From: Epiperipatus broadwayi
Lineage: Eukaryota > Animalia > Onychophora
Direction of reading: 5' to 3'
DNA: 64,000 bases
Assembly (NCBI GenBank): GCA_028023455.1
Contig: JAQFVV010000006.1
Location: 11,718,001-11,782,000, forward strand
The notes below the pieces were generated by a model. It was not told the origin of the DNA, did not search any database, and saw nothing but the letters and a program-made list of their open reading frames with translations. Position numbers and translations under genes: made by a program. Positions 26,758 through 40,465 of the stretch are shown here, piece by piece (the first letter of the stretch is position 1; every line of letters begins with the position of its first letter).

Positions 26758-29343
26758 TATTTATGTTTTAATTTAAAAATTAAATGTAAACATTAGGGCA
26801 AAAAAAAATCAAATATAGAACAGTATATACTAATTTTTATATACATGAACATATAAATACTTGTACTTTTCGCATATATTTACCAATAATGTAAATAATT
26901 TTAAAAAATAAAAATAAAAATTTTGTATGGTATATATTTATCATGGTATAAAGACATTTTTAATAGTATATATTGTGATGTACACATGTTGCCATCTATA
27001 GTTCCATTTGTAGTGTATAAATAACTAAATAAAGAAAACAATTAAAGGTCTTATAGTTAATTAATAAATATATTAATTTGGATAAATGGAGAGTGAATGG
27101 ATACTTTATTAAATTTAAAAGTGAGATATTTTACTAAGTTTTATCTAATGACAATAATGCCTTATAGACTAGAAAAAAGAAAATCCCATGTTCGTAAGCT
27201 AGTATTTAAAAAAGGAAAAGAAAAAGACCGTGTTTTGTGAGTAGAAAACTTTTTTAGGAGGGAAGGAACACAGTCTTCTCATCATTTAATATCTTTATGA
27301 TTAAAAACAGAATGATTACAACAACAAATGCTTTGCTTAATTGTCATGAAACTGTAAATCTATCAAGTTTACTATGATTGTAAGGTTGGCAAAACGAATG
27401 GTTGAATATCATTTAAGGATAAAAATGTTCATGAAGCTCTACATGTGTGTCTTGTTTATCATAAGATACGCCAAGAAAAACATCATGGGACAATGGAATT
27501 TAAGCTGAAATTATATATATAAGCTAAAATTGGTAACAGATGCTAAAAGAAAAATTTCTTTTAAATTGTCTACATGACATAAATTTCATTTATTAATGAT
27601 GGTCAAAAATATAATAGTTAATTATGAGGCAGTTTTATCTTATCATTCGATATGGGCTTAAATAATCAAAAACTCACGTAATTAAGATTTAAGTCAATTG
27701 TTAAAATACTAAATTTTTTGAAAGCGATTCGAACTTAAACATAAATAATATTCTGAGTTCAAGATATAAAACATATTAAAAGAAAATGCATATAAAAGAT
27801 AGTAATATTAACATTTTATTACATTTGTTTTTTTTTATTGTGTGAGAAAGAACTTGTAATTAACCCTTTATAACTATGTGCAATAATTTTAATCATAGAC
27901 TGTTACTACTAATTGCAGTCTGGCATGGATAGATAAATTATACAGATATATATTAGATTGCAGTTGACAAAATTAGAACTATGTTCTTGGTCTTGGCTAT
28001 CTCAAAGAGATAATGTTTACTTCAATAAATTTATATTATTATGATTAATCTAAGTACTTTGATTTACCTGTTATATAAATCATTATAAAACTTTTATTAC
28101 ACAATTTATTTACAATTAAAATATTTAAAGGTATATCCCATACAATATCTCATTAGCAAATAAAATATTATTTCTTGAATTTTATCTTCTTTGCTAAGCA
28201 AAAACACTACTGTGGACCCATTGGCGCTTTACAAATTCATGAGTCCATTGCAGATATAAATCCACACTATCATTAGAACCATTTATGGATTAATTCATTC
28301 ATTTATTTATTTATTAGTCATTTTAGTTGTTAACTACAATATTTTCAGTATATTTTAGATTGCCCAAATATTAGTTGGAGAAAACTACTTGATTCCTAAT
28401 TTTATCACCTCTCTGGTCACCTGAATCCATGAATCACTTGCAGACCAATTATCCTGGCTCAACAATAATGTTTTCTATCATATTTGTGATTTCTCAAATC
28501 TGCAAGCTATTCAGTAAACAGTTTTATTTTATCCATATTTTCACTTACCATATTATTTATTATTGCCAATGACCAGTATTTAATTGTTCCATTACAATAT
28601 ATATAATACATATCTAAAATACATATATTTAATTTAAGACAGAAATAAAACTTATTATTTTTTTTTTCTTGTGATGAAAAGTGATGATGAAATCTAAAAG
28701 ATACAGTTTCTAAGGGAAATTATAAACAGGCTTGTATAAAAATATCGGCATCCATTTTGTTTTTATAATGCAATGCAAATGGACTAAAATTTATAAAATT
28801 AAAGTATTATTTTTGCTAATAACTGGGTTTTTTTTTTTTATTTAATTATTTTCAAAACAATGTGCAAGTGAATCAATGGGGTTTGAGAGTATTTTGTACC
28901 TTCAGTATTCAAAAGAAAATTGATATATAATATAAAAGTCATAAAATACATATAATATTAAAAAAAATTGGAATATCCAAAATGAATGCTAATAAAGTGG
29001 CAGTTGAATAACAAGTTATAAAAATTCTCTAGCTAACATACAGTGTTTTCACTATCTCAAAGAGCAAGTAAAATTGGTACATAAAATGGTGGAAATATCA
29101 CAAGCTAACTGTAGTAGTGTTAGTATTTTTTAATTTGATTTACATTATTCAATTGGTATTTATTCTGAATGATCTCAGTTTTTTAATTACTATATACTAG
29201 CTGTACTTGCAGCTTTCCTAGTTTTAGTAGAATAATAATAAAAATAAAAGTATAAAAGAATATAATGTAGTTTATAATTAAAATATATTTCCTATATATA
29301 TATATGTTGATACGAAGATTTTCACAGGTTGCATATATAAAAG

Positions 29344-29524
29344 ACATATTTTGCGGGTTCATCCGTGTTAAAAAATTTAAATATAGATATACTGACGTTT
29401 CGACTTGATCACACAAGTCATCTTTCTACCTTTTATCACCCAGTGGATGATTTGTGTGATCAAATCGAAACGTCGGTATATCTATATTTAAATTTTTTAA
29501 CATGGATGAACCTGCAAAATATGT
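29344..29524. repeat. Palindromic element: 79-bp arms, 23-nt spacer, degenerate hammerhead motif in each arm
   Basis: 29344-29422 versus 29446-29524 differ at 5 positions; carries the GTCGAAACGTC-type motif. Confidence 0.85.
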
Positions 29525-29613
29525 ATTTTATATACATATATATAAGAATATATTTTGAGCAGTAGTGTGTTTAATTATCTAAGTCCCATTTTCGATTTTT
29601 GATGTATAAAATA

Positions 29614-29890
29614 GCAAATAAAATTTTCCTTTACTAGTTCTCCTAATTACTCTAGTTGTACCCTCGCCTTAGTAGAAAGCTTAATAATTAAAATATGTTT
29701 ATTTTGTTTTAGATTTTGATATATTAAATTTCAAATAAAATTTTTCCTTGTTAATTCTCTCTAATACTGTAGCTGCACTCTCGCAGTAGTAGAAAGTTTG
29801 ATAATTAAAATATATTTACATATTCCATTTTTACTGTATTGACTAGTAAATAAAATTTTCCCTCGCTAATTCTCTCCATTTCTCTAGTAT
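29614..29890. repeat. Degenerate tandem repeat, about 120-bp period, about 2.3 copies
   Basis: AAATAAAATTTT.CC...CTCGC..TAGTAGAAAG.TT.ATAATTAAAATAT recurs. Confidence 0.6.
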
Positions 29891-30670
29891 GTATTTCAAT
29901 ATGCTTGCCATATTATTCTCCAATCGTTGTAATCTTTTAATTAGTGCTGCCCTCTTTTTGTGTTTTTATGATGTCATTAGAAAATGGTTTCGTTTCTGAT
30001 TCAATTTATATTGCAAATTACCACAGCTTTTAAAACAATTATATAAAACAAAAATTCATAACCTATAAAATTCTCCACAAAAAAGAAAAAGGAAAATCAT
30101 GCAAGATTCATCAAAATTGGTGCAATATTTGTTGAGATAAAAGTAACAAACAAACAAATTTTCACATTTACATAGTATTATATATTATTTATTGTTCTTT
30201 TTTTATTAGAATTATATAATCAATTTTTTTTTTTTTTATTAAAATTTTTAAAAGTACATAATATGTTTTGTTTTTTAATTTTTTATTCAAATTTATTTCA
30301 TTTCTTATCTCAGCTCTCTTCCTTTTTTTGTAAGATGTTTTATCATTTATAAGTTAATGTTTGTATCTTTGGACTGTTTTCTTATGAGAAATTTTATTAT
30401 TATTATTATTATTATTACGAATTAAACATAACAAAAAACAGATTTGTGCTTTATTTGAAAAAATTTATAAAATGAAATTAATAATTTAGTCTTTATGAAT
30501 GCTAGTAAATTATTTTATTTACTTTTTACTAAAATTATTAATACTAACTTCTGTAAATTTAGCAAAAAATACAAAACAATAAAAGTATAAAATATATATG
30601 AACACTCTTTAGATATAATATAAATAATTATTTTTTAATACTAATATTTTGTGTGATATATATATATTAG

Positions 30671-30845
30671 TGTCTCCTTATGAAACCAGTATCATTGACT
30701 GTCAGCCAACACCGAAAATTAAACGTGGATTGTTGCTCATATCTAAGATACTTCAAAATATAGCCAATCATGTGCTCTTCACTAAGGAACAGTATATGCG
30801 GCCTTTTAATGACTTTCTTAAAACAAATTTTGAAGCAGGCAGAAG
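30671..30845 (+). CDS. NF1: Neurofibromin GRD exon: SPYETSIIDCQPTPKIKRGLLLISKILQNIANHVLFTKEQYMRPFNDFLKTNFEAGRR
   Basis: RasGAP signature KILQNIANH; acceptor attag, donor GTAAAT; 175 nt. Confidence 0.97.
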
Positions 30846-30957
30846 GTAAATTTTTTTATTCATCAACATAAAGAAAAAATGTACATTTCTTTTTAATCTT
30901 GTTTATAAATGAAAGTCATAATATTATAAAAAATAATTTATATTATGCTTAATATAT

Positions 30958-31171
30958 TAATAGTTTTAACAAGGCTGTAAACCTTAGCAATGAGCGTCTG
31001 AAAAAATCGTCACTAGGGACCTCTGTAGGTCTTTAAAACACATGCTTACGCTATGAAGAAAAGAGAGAATCCCCATAGCGTAAGCATGTGTTTTAAAGAC
31101 CTACAGAGGTCCCTAGTGACGATTTTTTCAGACGCTCATTGCTAAGGTTTACAGCCTTGTTAAAACTATTA
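30958..31171. repeat. Perfect 98-bp inverted repeat with 18-nt spacer
   Basis: 30958-31055 is the exact reverse complement of 31074-31171. Confidence 0.95.
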
Positions 31172-34100
31172 CTGAAATAATAGTGAGCGTTTAATAAATT
31201 TATAATTACAACTTTAAATTATCTTAATATATTAATGTATCTTTTAAATACAGTTGTTTCTCTGTATCGAGAATATTCGATTTCAGATTTTGTGGACACT
31301 TGAAATCATAAATAATAACAATCTCTATTTAATGTATGTATTTACTTTTACAAATATACATATTAAAACATGAAATAAAATATTTAACAACAATAAAAAA
31401 AAAATAAGGATAGTGCCATTAATAAATAATATAATAATAAATTGAAAGATGTAAAGTAGCCATGTGATTGATAGAGCACACGCTGATTGCACGAGATGAC
31501 AAAGTGGCCAATAGAAATGGTTTATGAATACAAACAAGCGCATATAGAAAATTTATGAACTGAAATTTATAATATTTATTCAAACTGGTGTTAAGGAAAC
31601 TTGACAGATGATGATTCTATTGGTTCTAAAAGATCTAATGCTTAAAGAAAAATAAATAATAATATATCGATGTATCTAAATTTAAATTCATTAAGACAAA
31701 GAAATTGTAATACTCTGATTAAAGTTTTGGCATTTGAGTCACCAAATATCAATAAGGATTTCCATCACTTTTGGCCTAAGACTATTATCTTATGTTTCCT
31801 TTTTCCTCATTCATTTTTTTCTACTTTGCTGCTCTGAGAAATTTGTTTATTGTTCCATTTGGTTGATTTTTAAACTCAATATCCACGGATGATTTTCACA
31901 TTCAAGAAAATTGGAGGAGAAATTGGAGTGAAGTCGAAAACTTCTAGTCATAATGCAATGAATATGCCTAATGCTTTTAATTTAATATCAGAAATTGAGT
32001 TGAAGATTTGAAATCATTGATAATTATCAAGACAAATTATAGAAAGAATGAGTAAAGTAATTAAAGATGAAAAAAAATCAGTAAAATCAAAATGGCTGGC
32101 AGAAGGTACAACAGTAATTGCAAAGTAAAGAACAGAATCAAAGTTAAATTTTAAGGGTCTGAATAGGTAATTCCATCAAACAGCCAGAAAATAAAATGCA
32201 GTCTTATAACATTTGCCAAGTTGTTAAAAAGAGAGGCAAGAATGAAACAATAACAACTTGGGTTAATTTGCTTATAAATATCAATGGAAAATTGTAATAA
32301 AAGTAAAGGTGGGATAAAGATCTATGTAATATAAAGAAGAAGTTCTGGCCAACCTATATTCAAAGATAGCAATTAAGATATTGTTAATTGTCAGTTACAT
32401 GGAGAATAATGGTAGTTGAGATCAGGTAGATCAAAAGAGACATACTTAGACAATTTGCAAGAAAAATTCTCAAAGTGTCTTTTAAATAAACCTGTAAATA
32501 ATGCCCCTATTTTGTTATAACAATGTCAGTCTATTTTTTCAGATGAGAGATAATCACCTTTATCTGATCTATAATTTGTTATACCACTAAACATCACATG
32601 ATCACTGTTCTTTATTGTAACGCTAGCGAGATATATATGCATAAAACTACATATATATGCGTTACATGTTTTATAATTTAAAAAAAATTTATGATCGAAT
32701 TTATTCAAAAAATAGTTAAAGAAATATTATTTCAGAAGAAGTTTTCAAACGCAGTTTTATAAAATGACAAAAATGATTGTGTTATATTTTTTTTTAAAAG
32801 AGAAAGGAGTAAGTTAAGATATAAAAACTATCCTTTTTAAAGAAAACTCTTTGTTTTATAAATTAAAAATAAATTAGGAGAATAAATGTGTAAAAATAAA
32901 TCTTAGTAGATTTGGAAAAAAAAAAGATTAATTAATTTGGAATGCTAGCAAGATTACTGATTCAATTAATTAAAAGAAAACAAGTAAACTATCTCATAAA
33001 AGCGATAGTAAATTAATTTAAGAAAAGATTAGATTAAAGCAAATGTAAAAAATCAATTAAATAAAATGAAATGTAAAAATTAATTAAAAAAAAAACATAT
33101 TCAAGTTATAATCAAAATTGAAAATAATGTTGAGAAATTAAAATAATGAGAGAGAGAGGGGGGGGGATATATAAATTCACTACCATCTATAGTTTTTTAT
33201 TCCGATGTTCATTTTGTGATCAAATTATTCCGCTCTTGAGTCTTGAATCAGTCCAGGCTTTATTTTATGCTGTTACATTATTCATTGCTCTAGAGATCCA
33301 TAAATCTAAGAAAAGAATATAGCCATTCATTCCATAAGTCCTCTGCAAATCAATTGTCCCTGCCTGAACTCTTGCTGAAAACTAATGCCAAAATGGTGAA
33401 ATAGATGCTGCTGCAAACTCTCCCCCCCCCCCCCATTGTCAAATGGAAAACAAGCCCCGAAACCATCGATGGAGACCAAAAAGCAAACCGGTTGAAAACT
33501 GACAATCATGAAAACCTAGGTAAAGATATTTTGATACTTGTCTATAGACATTTTATATTTATTTTAAATGAACTTTAATTAATGGACTATTATAAAATTT
33601 AGCCTGAAATTAATTTATATTTCTTTTATGTAAAATATTATATTGTTATATTAGATATATATGTAGTTGAATAAATATTAATGTTTGATTAAATATTATT
33701 TGGTCTATTCTCTCTCTCTCTTGTTACTGCGTCACTATTAATTTAATACTATAGTTATTTTTATTTGTTAAGTAAATGTACTGGACTCTGGTTAAGAGTA
33801 TGAGCTAGCTTGGGCTATTTCAAGCACTGGATTGTGTGCCTGTCATCCGCTTGGCTGGCACCTGAGTTTGTTCCGCAAAACAAATAAAGTACTTTGGATA
33901 GCAGGGGTTTGAATTCAGCAATCGAATTGGGCCACGGTCAGGAAAAATGATCATGTTATGCTTTATATAGCTCGATCTGGCCGTGGGTATTGTTGATGGT
34001 TATGCTTGGAGAGCCAGTTCGTTCCCTTTAGTATTAAAGATATAAAAGAATAATTACCAAGAAGTTATGTAGTGAGTTTAATAATAAGCTTACTAAAGTT

Positions 34101-34221
34101 TAGATATTAAACTTAGTTAAAAGCAAGATATTAAAACTTATTAAAGTTTAGATTCCAAAAGTAATACCTTTAAAAGTTTTTAAACCCAACAAAAAGAATA
34201 AACCTTATTCGGTGGACCCGG

Positions 34222-34471
34222 TTCATTATGCTTACAAAAGCTATTTACACAGAGGCTAAACTCGCCATATACTAGTGCCACTCAATGCAAGGCAGTGTGC
34301 ACTGCTTTTAGATCCAAGGCTCCTCTCTGATGAAAGCCAGAAGCTAAAAACTATCTGGGGATATTGGATGAGTACGCACTAGATGGGATTTTATGCACAA
34401 ACCTTCCTGCATCTATTGATTAGCTGGCATGCACTGATTGGTGCTACTGTATGGAGAGTTTAGCCTCTGTA
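34222..34471. mobile_element. Family-1 element, internally deleted foldback copy
   Basis: Blocks GATCCAAGGCTCCTC, CTGGGGATATTGGATGAGTA and GCTACTGTATGGAGAGTT are shared with other copies. Confidence 0.75.
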
Positions 34472-35072
34472 ATTTGTTATACAATAATAAATCAAGTATT
34501 GATATTTCAAAAAGGGTGGAACTTTTTTGTGGCAATATTTGTTTTAATATAAAGCAATCCAGGCTTAGTTGGCATGTAAATAATTTTATGGTTTATCAAA
34601 TATGTGATGCTAGAAATACAAACTATTTCATGGAACAAATCCGAATGCATTACAAAGACAATCTACAAGCAAGATTCGCAAAGTATCATTTAAATGAACA
34701 TTATAAATAAACACACCTTTTTGTTATTTATATGTTCATTAAAATAATTAGCATTTTATCTAATTAATATTTCAAACTGTAAGCTGGCTGGCTTTATAAT
34801 AAAATAAAAACATCCAAAAAATAAAAAGTATCAGTTTTTTCCAAATATCAGATTAAACTTTTATCTGACAAAATAAATTGGCATTGATATAATAAAAGAT
34901 GGTTATTATTTACACGTTCATTTAAATTATTCTTCAGGGATCTTGCTTAAAAATTATCGTGGTAACATATTCAGACTTCAATAGATATATATCCTTAACG
35001 ATACATATTTGGTATGCCTTAAATTATTTACACGCTCATTAAAATAATTAGTATTATATATATGTTATTGCC

Positions 35073-35345
35073 AGTCATCATTGAAAGAATTAAAGAGGCT
35101 GAAGTTGAGTTGGGCTGGACATATTGATAGAAGAGATAATAATAGATGGACAGTTGAAATCTTAAACCGGATTCCAAGTGATTGTAAAAGATCTAGAAAG
35201 AGATCTCATGTGAAGTGGATGGGATGAATGGATGAAATAAGGAAGTGTGTTGGTATGATATGGGGAAGAGAGACTAGAGGTTGGGGAAGATGGATTGAAC
35301 TTGAAATTACCTTTATTCTGCAGTGGATCATTAATAGTTGAAATC
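35073..35345 (+). mobile_element. RTE-clade LINE 3' fragment (decayed)
   Basis: Translates to RIKRLKLSWAGHIDRRDNNRWT...WMDEIRK...FILQW, typical of the RTE ORF C-terminus. Confidence 0.75.
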
Positions 35346-35679
35346 GATGATAGCTCACATATATATTTACATAGCAAATCTCAATTTGAAAAAGTACATT
35401 TGTTTCCTATGCCTGTGACATGTTCAAATTTAAGCTGGATAACACTTTAAAATTTTTCTGATTCTAACTAATCTTAGGAGTTATTTTTAAGTAGCCAATT
35501 TCATAACTCGATTGATTAGTATGTGAATATTTAGCTATTTATAGTATAGGTGGAAAACTACATTAACCTCATCATTCCATCAGACCTGACGAGTACTGTT
35601 TTTTTTTTCCCCGTTGTTTCTCTGAATGACATTTGAGAGACTTTATAATGGATTATTTCTTTTTTTTTTCCATCGTATT

Positions 35680-35870
35680 TATGCCATCTAGTGTAAGCTT
35701 TAGTAATCACTAGATACTAGATATCAGTGCTTAATAAATCCCTATCCACTACTATCCTATTCAATATTCCCAGACTAGTTTCTGGCTTATGGCTTTATCA
35801 CTAAGGATTTTTGGATCTTGAAGTACCACTATCTAGCATTTATTGATTACTAAAGCTTACACTAGGTGAT
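35680..35870 (-). mobile_element. Family-1 fragment
   Basis: CCCAGACTAGTTTCTGGCTTATGGCTTT block in minus orientation. Confidence 0.65.
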
Positions 35871-36462
35871 ATAGAAAAAAAAAGAGAATTTTCTTTGAAC
35901 AGCATTTTTGTCAGAAGGAATCATGGGATGTTCGTTAGCCAATTATTTACAGACTGTTTTAACTTTATGGCTTATGTACATATGATTTTTATTATAAAAA
36001 TAAGTTTTATTGCATAAATGAAATTGAAACGAAAAGCATAAAATGATGAGGAAAACTTTTAATGACCTAAAAGTATTTTTAAATATTAGAAAATTAAAAA
36101 GTTTTAAAACTGTCAGGTCGTTAACGAAGATTGTACTGTATGGTATAAACAATTGAGGTTTTCATTCATCAGTTTTACATCTTCTTGAGCATTTTTGTCT
36201 TTTCGAACCTGTAAATTATAACTGTTTTTTTTGTTTGATTGTTACATTTTTTTATATATTTTTTTTTTATTGTCACAGATTTTTCTAACATATTCTTTAT
36301 AATTTGTCCTTTTTTTTTATAATTACAGAATTCAAGGCTAAATATTGATTACCTTTATTTAAGATATTCATTAATGCAGATGAATTTTATAATGGCGACT
36401 TACTCTTGTGAGCATGCATATTATTATTATTATCATTATAATATATTTTTTTCTTATTTAAG

Positions 36463-36609
36463 GTTTTTTGTTCAGATTGCATCTGACAGTGAAACACTCG
36501 ATTCAACTAGTCACAGCTTATCTTTTATAAGCGATGCCAATGTGCTAGCCCTTCATCGGCTTCTTTGGTGTCACCAAGAAAAAATTGGAGATTATTTATC
36601 AAGTAGTAG
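36463..36609 (+). CDS. NF1: Neurofibromin exon: FFVQIASDSETLDSTSHSLSFISDANVLALHRLLWCHQEKIGDYLSSSR
   Basis: Conserved NF1 peptide; acceptor tttaag, donor GTTAGT; 147 nt. Confidence 0.96.
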
Positions 36610-37285
36610 GTTAGTATTCCTGCTCTTAACATTGTCGCTTTCCATTTTCTGCTACCTTAAATACCACTATGTTTACATATTGCATTGTTTTCCTCATTAA
36701 TCGATGAGTCTTTAAGTCACATTTTAATTTGATGTGGATTTGACATCAGTAATATTTTTAAGAAGGCCTAGGTGGTGCTACTGTATGGAGAGTTTAGACT
36801 ACCTTAGGTAACTATAAAAGAAAGCACTTAAACTTGGTTGAGAAATAATGGATGTTTAGATGATTAAATGGTTTGTAAACTACTTTCTGCTATATATTAA
36901 GTTCTCTTTCTGAAGACAGATTGAGTAATTAAGAAAGATGATACCATGATTATGTGACCACATTTGATTATTGGTGGATATATAAACTAAATTATCTATT
37001 AGAAAATAAATATTTGTTTAAAATTAAAAAATAAGTTTACTCATAAAGATAACGTTTGTTATGAAAGCTTTGTTCATTTTATTATATTTTAGAATTTTTT
37101 TTTATTTTAAAAAAAAAACAAACTTTTATCATTACTTTTTTTTTAAAATCTTCCACATTTGCCTTTTTGCTAACTAATTAAAAAAATCACACATTTTAAT
37201 TTAGAAAGTGTTTTTTTTTTGTCATCTGTATGCATACACGCACTCTTATATCATAGTTTAGTATTTTTAAAAATTTGTATTATAG

Positions 37286-37378
37286 GGATCACAAAGCTGT
37301 CGGTAGAAGACCTTTTGATAAAATGGCAACTTTATTAGCCTACCTTGGACCACCAGAACATAAACCAATCGATTCCCA
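37286..37378 (+). CDS. NF1: Neurofibromin exon: DHKAVGRRPFDKMATLLAYLGPPEHKPIDSQ
   Basis: Near-invariant NF1 peptide; acceptor tatag, donor GTAGGT; 93 nt. Confidence 0.96.
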
Positions 37379-37465
37379 GTAGGTATTTTAATATTTTATC
37401 AGGCATGACATTTTTTTATGTATAATTTGAAATTTTGCCATTTTATGAATTAAAGAAGAGGATGA

Positions 37466-37657
<192 letters not shown>

Positions 37658-37931
37658 TAAGAACCCTACAAAATCGTCGTTAGACATAACTATCATGAGG
37701 CATTAAGTGTTACTATTTTTAAGAAGACAACACTAATAGTGCATTTGTATTTGCATATTAGTTTGATTAATTTGAAAATGTTAAACTAATTTAAAGCAGT
37801 GAAAATTATATATTGACCAATCATTTTTGATGCGTTTATAAATATCTCCCAATTAAATTTATAATTGATTACTTTTATTATATTTCAGAATATATATTTT
37901 TTGATTTTAGTCTTGTAGCTTTATAATTAAC

Positions 37932-38146
37932 TTAAAAGGTGACTGCTGGAGGATTGCATTGGATCCTAAGGTCTAGGTGCAGTAATCTCAGATCCAAGGC
38001 TTTTCACTGGTAAAAGCCACAAGCTAGAAACTAGTCTGGGGATATTGGATGAGTAGGCTCTAGATAGGGATTTTATGCACAAGCCTTCTGGCATCCATTG
38101 ATTACTCTAGTTGGCACAGGGTGGCACTACTGTATGGAGAGTTTGC
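37932..38146 (+). mobile_element. Family-1 single arm, about 275 nt downstream of the last constitutive NF1 exon in the window
   Basis: Near-complete match to the family consensus; the hammerhead core is mutated (CTGGTAA). Confidence 0.8.
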
Positions 38147-40304
38147 TACTGCTTTAAAAATATGTCTTGGGATCATTTAATGTTTTTTAGGTGTCTATTC
38201 ATGGGTTTAAGGTATATGTTCTGAAGTTGAAGGATTTGGTATGTCTAATCTAATATATAAGTGAACAAAGATGTATTAATTGAATCATATGTCTTGAACA
38301 AAGTGATAAATTTAGTTGCCAATCACATCTTTGCTCATCAGTATTTCAATTTGCATTCTTCCAATGTTATATCTTTATTGTTTATATATGTGACATACAG
38401 TTATGTTAGCAATTCATTTTTTTTTTTTTTTAAACTATCTACAATAACTTCATCATTTCTCAAAACTTCTATTCATTGTTAATGTAAATTCCATTACTCA
38501 CATCTATTAAAATAAACTGCTTATCAAAGGATGTCATGCTCATTGGAGTTTCTTTTGTTTCTTGTTCTTTATTATTATCATAGTAGAAGGGTCGTCTCAA
38601 ATGAGAATTAACTATGAATTATTAATAAATAGTGCTTGACCAAAAATATCTCCAGCTATCTTGTAGGATAAAGTATTGGTTCATCAAAGTCTTTGTTTGC
38701 TAAAGCTAGTGTAGTATCATTATGAACCTATTATGCCATCAGTCATCTTTTATACCAGTTAGGTCAGTAGAATTGTGCGTTTATGCAACTACATATCCAT
38801 CCTTAACTATACACACCAGCAATTTTGACTTCAATTCTTTGTTTCATTTTATGAAAGTATAATACTTCCTAAAAAATATTTTATACTCAACTTGAGCATA
38901 GTTTTTATGGGAGAGGAAGACCCTGTTGATGTTATAAGCGGTGTTTTAAAGAAATTGTAAATAAGTGCATTATTGCTTGTTGTTATTGAAAATAGTATGA
39001 TGGAGAATAGGAGTCAATGAAAGATTATAATTAGATAGAGTATCAAAGGCTTCCAGAAAGAAAAGTTTGTTGCAGAAGAATCAAAGTTAAAAGATGGTAT
39101 CACAAAATGTCAAACAGAATGATGAATATAGCATATTCTATATGTGGACATATTTGTGGTTCATTGATTGGTTTATATAATGGCAAAACCCATCTTTATT
39201 GTATCATCATCGTCTATCATTTGTTTTACCCTTGAAATTGTAATAGTCAGGTTCATTTGCTAAAAGCTTCTACTGACGATGATGATGATGATGATGAGAG
39301 CATGATTGAATTTGTTTAGGTTTTTTTTATACATGGTACAAAAGAATTATAGATGTGTATTTTTAACATTATTGAAAATATAATTGATAGTTTGATTTAT
39401 AGTTTTAAAGCTATAAACAAAGCCATCTTCTTTGTTTATAATGGTGTTAAAAAGTTATAAAGTTATTCTCTGTAATCTTGTATAGTGTTAAAAAATAAAA
39501 TGGCTTCATCTTACATAAAATATCAACTGACTAAAGCAGTTGTGTTTTAAAGCAGTCAGATATTTTACCACCAACCTAAAAATTAGCAATATTTTACCAA
39601 AACACAAGGGTTCAATTCTTATGGTTTAAGGTGTCTTATAAAATTTCTTGATGGTTGTAAGACTTCTTTTATGGGTATGGACAATTGTTGCATTAGTGTC
39701 TTGTATGGGTACAGGCAATGGTTGCATTAGTGCTAGAAGAGAGGAACAATTTAGTATTATGAAATAATTCATAATTTTCATTCATTCTTTACAATTTTGT
39801 TATTGACCACAATATAAATTTTGCAATACTCTAAAGTCTTATACACAAATGCATTTCTTGCTGCTAGAGAACTATCAAGAAGCCATTGTATTTGTAAAAA
39901 AGGCCTGACTACAATAATAAACATAATGAAACAACAAAACTTTCATTCATGTATAACATTTTATAAAACATGTTCTAGAATGAAAATATTATTTACCACT
40001 AGCCTCTCTTAATTTAATCTTTTCTCTGTTGCATATTAGATTAAATAACATCTAAATCACATAAAATTTGATCTAAAATTACTTTTTTGCTACCATTGTG
40101 TCTAATATCATCTGCTGAGCCTTCCATGTTGTCTAGATGATGGTAGATTATATCAGCACTACTATATAACAAGCATTAATATAAACAGATGAACATGAAA
40201 ATTATTCATGTAGACACATGCATATACATATCAAAAGCAAACCATTATATGACCATATTCAGAGACACAAAAATTAAAATTACTTATAATGAATAACTAC
40301 ATAC

Positions 40305-40465
40305 GATACCATTTCCAACATTCTTATACACTTAACAATACTATTTTTTATACCAAAACTTTACTCTTACAATTTCCATCTCTGATGATGACTGCAGGAC
40401 AGTCCTAAAGTTTTGGTGTGAAAAATAGTATTGTTAAGTGTATAAGAAGATTGGAAATCGTATCA
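40305..40465. repeat. Palindromic element with a hammerhead-like CTGATGA and stem II in the loop
   Basis: Core arms 40321-40363 / 40406-40448 differ at 2 positions; the loop holds CTGATGA-T-GACTG[cagga]CAGTC. Confidence 0.75.

Noticed and set aside
27050-27620. Possible transposase remnant on the + strand
   Set aside because: No continuous frame or diagnostic motif.
31880-32340. Possible RTE endonuclease-RT linker fragment (KSKWLAEG)
   Set aside because: One short motif only; not enough to call.
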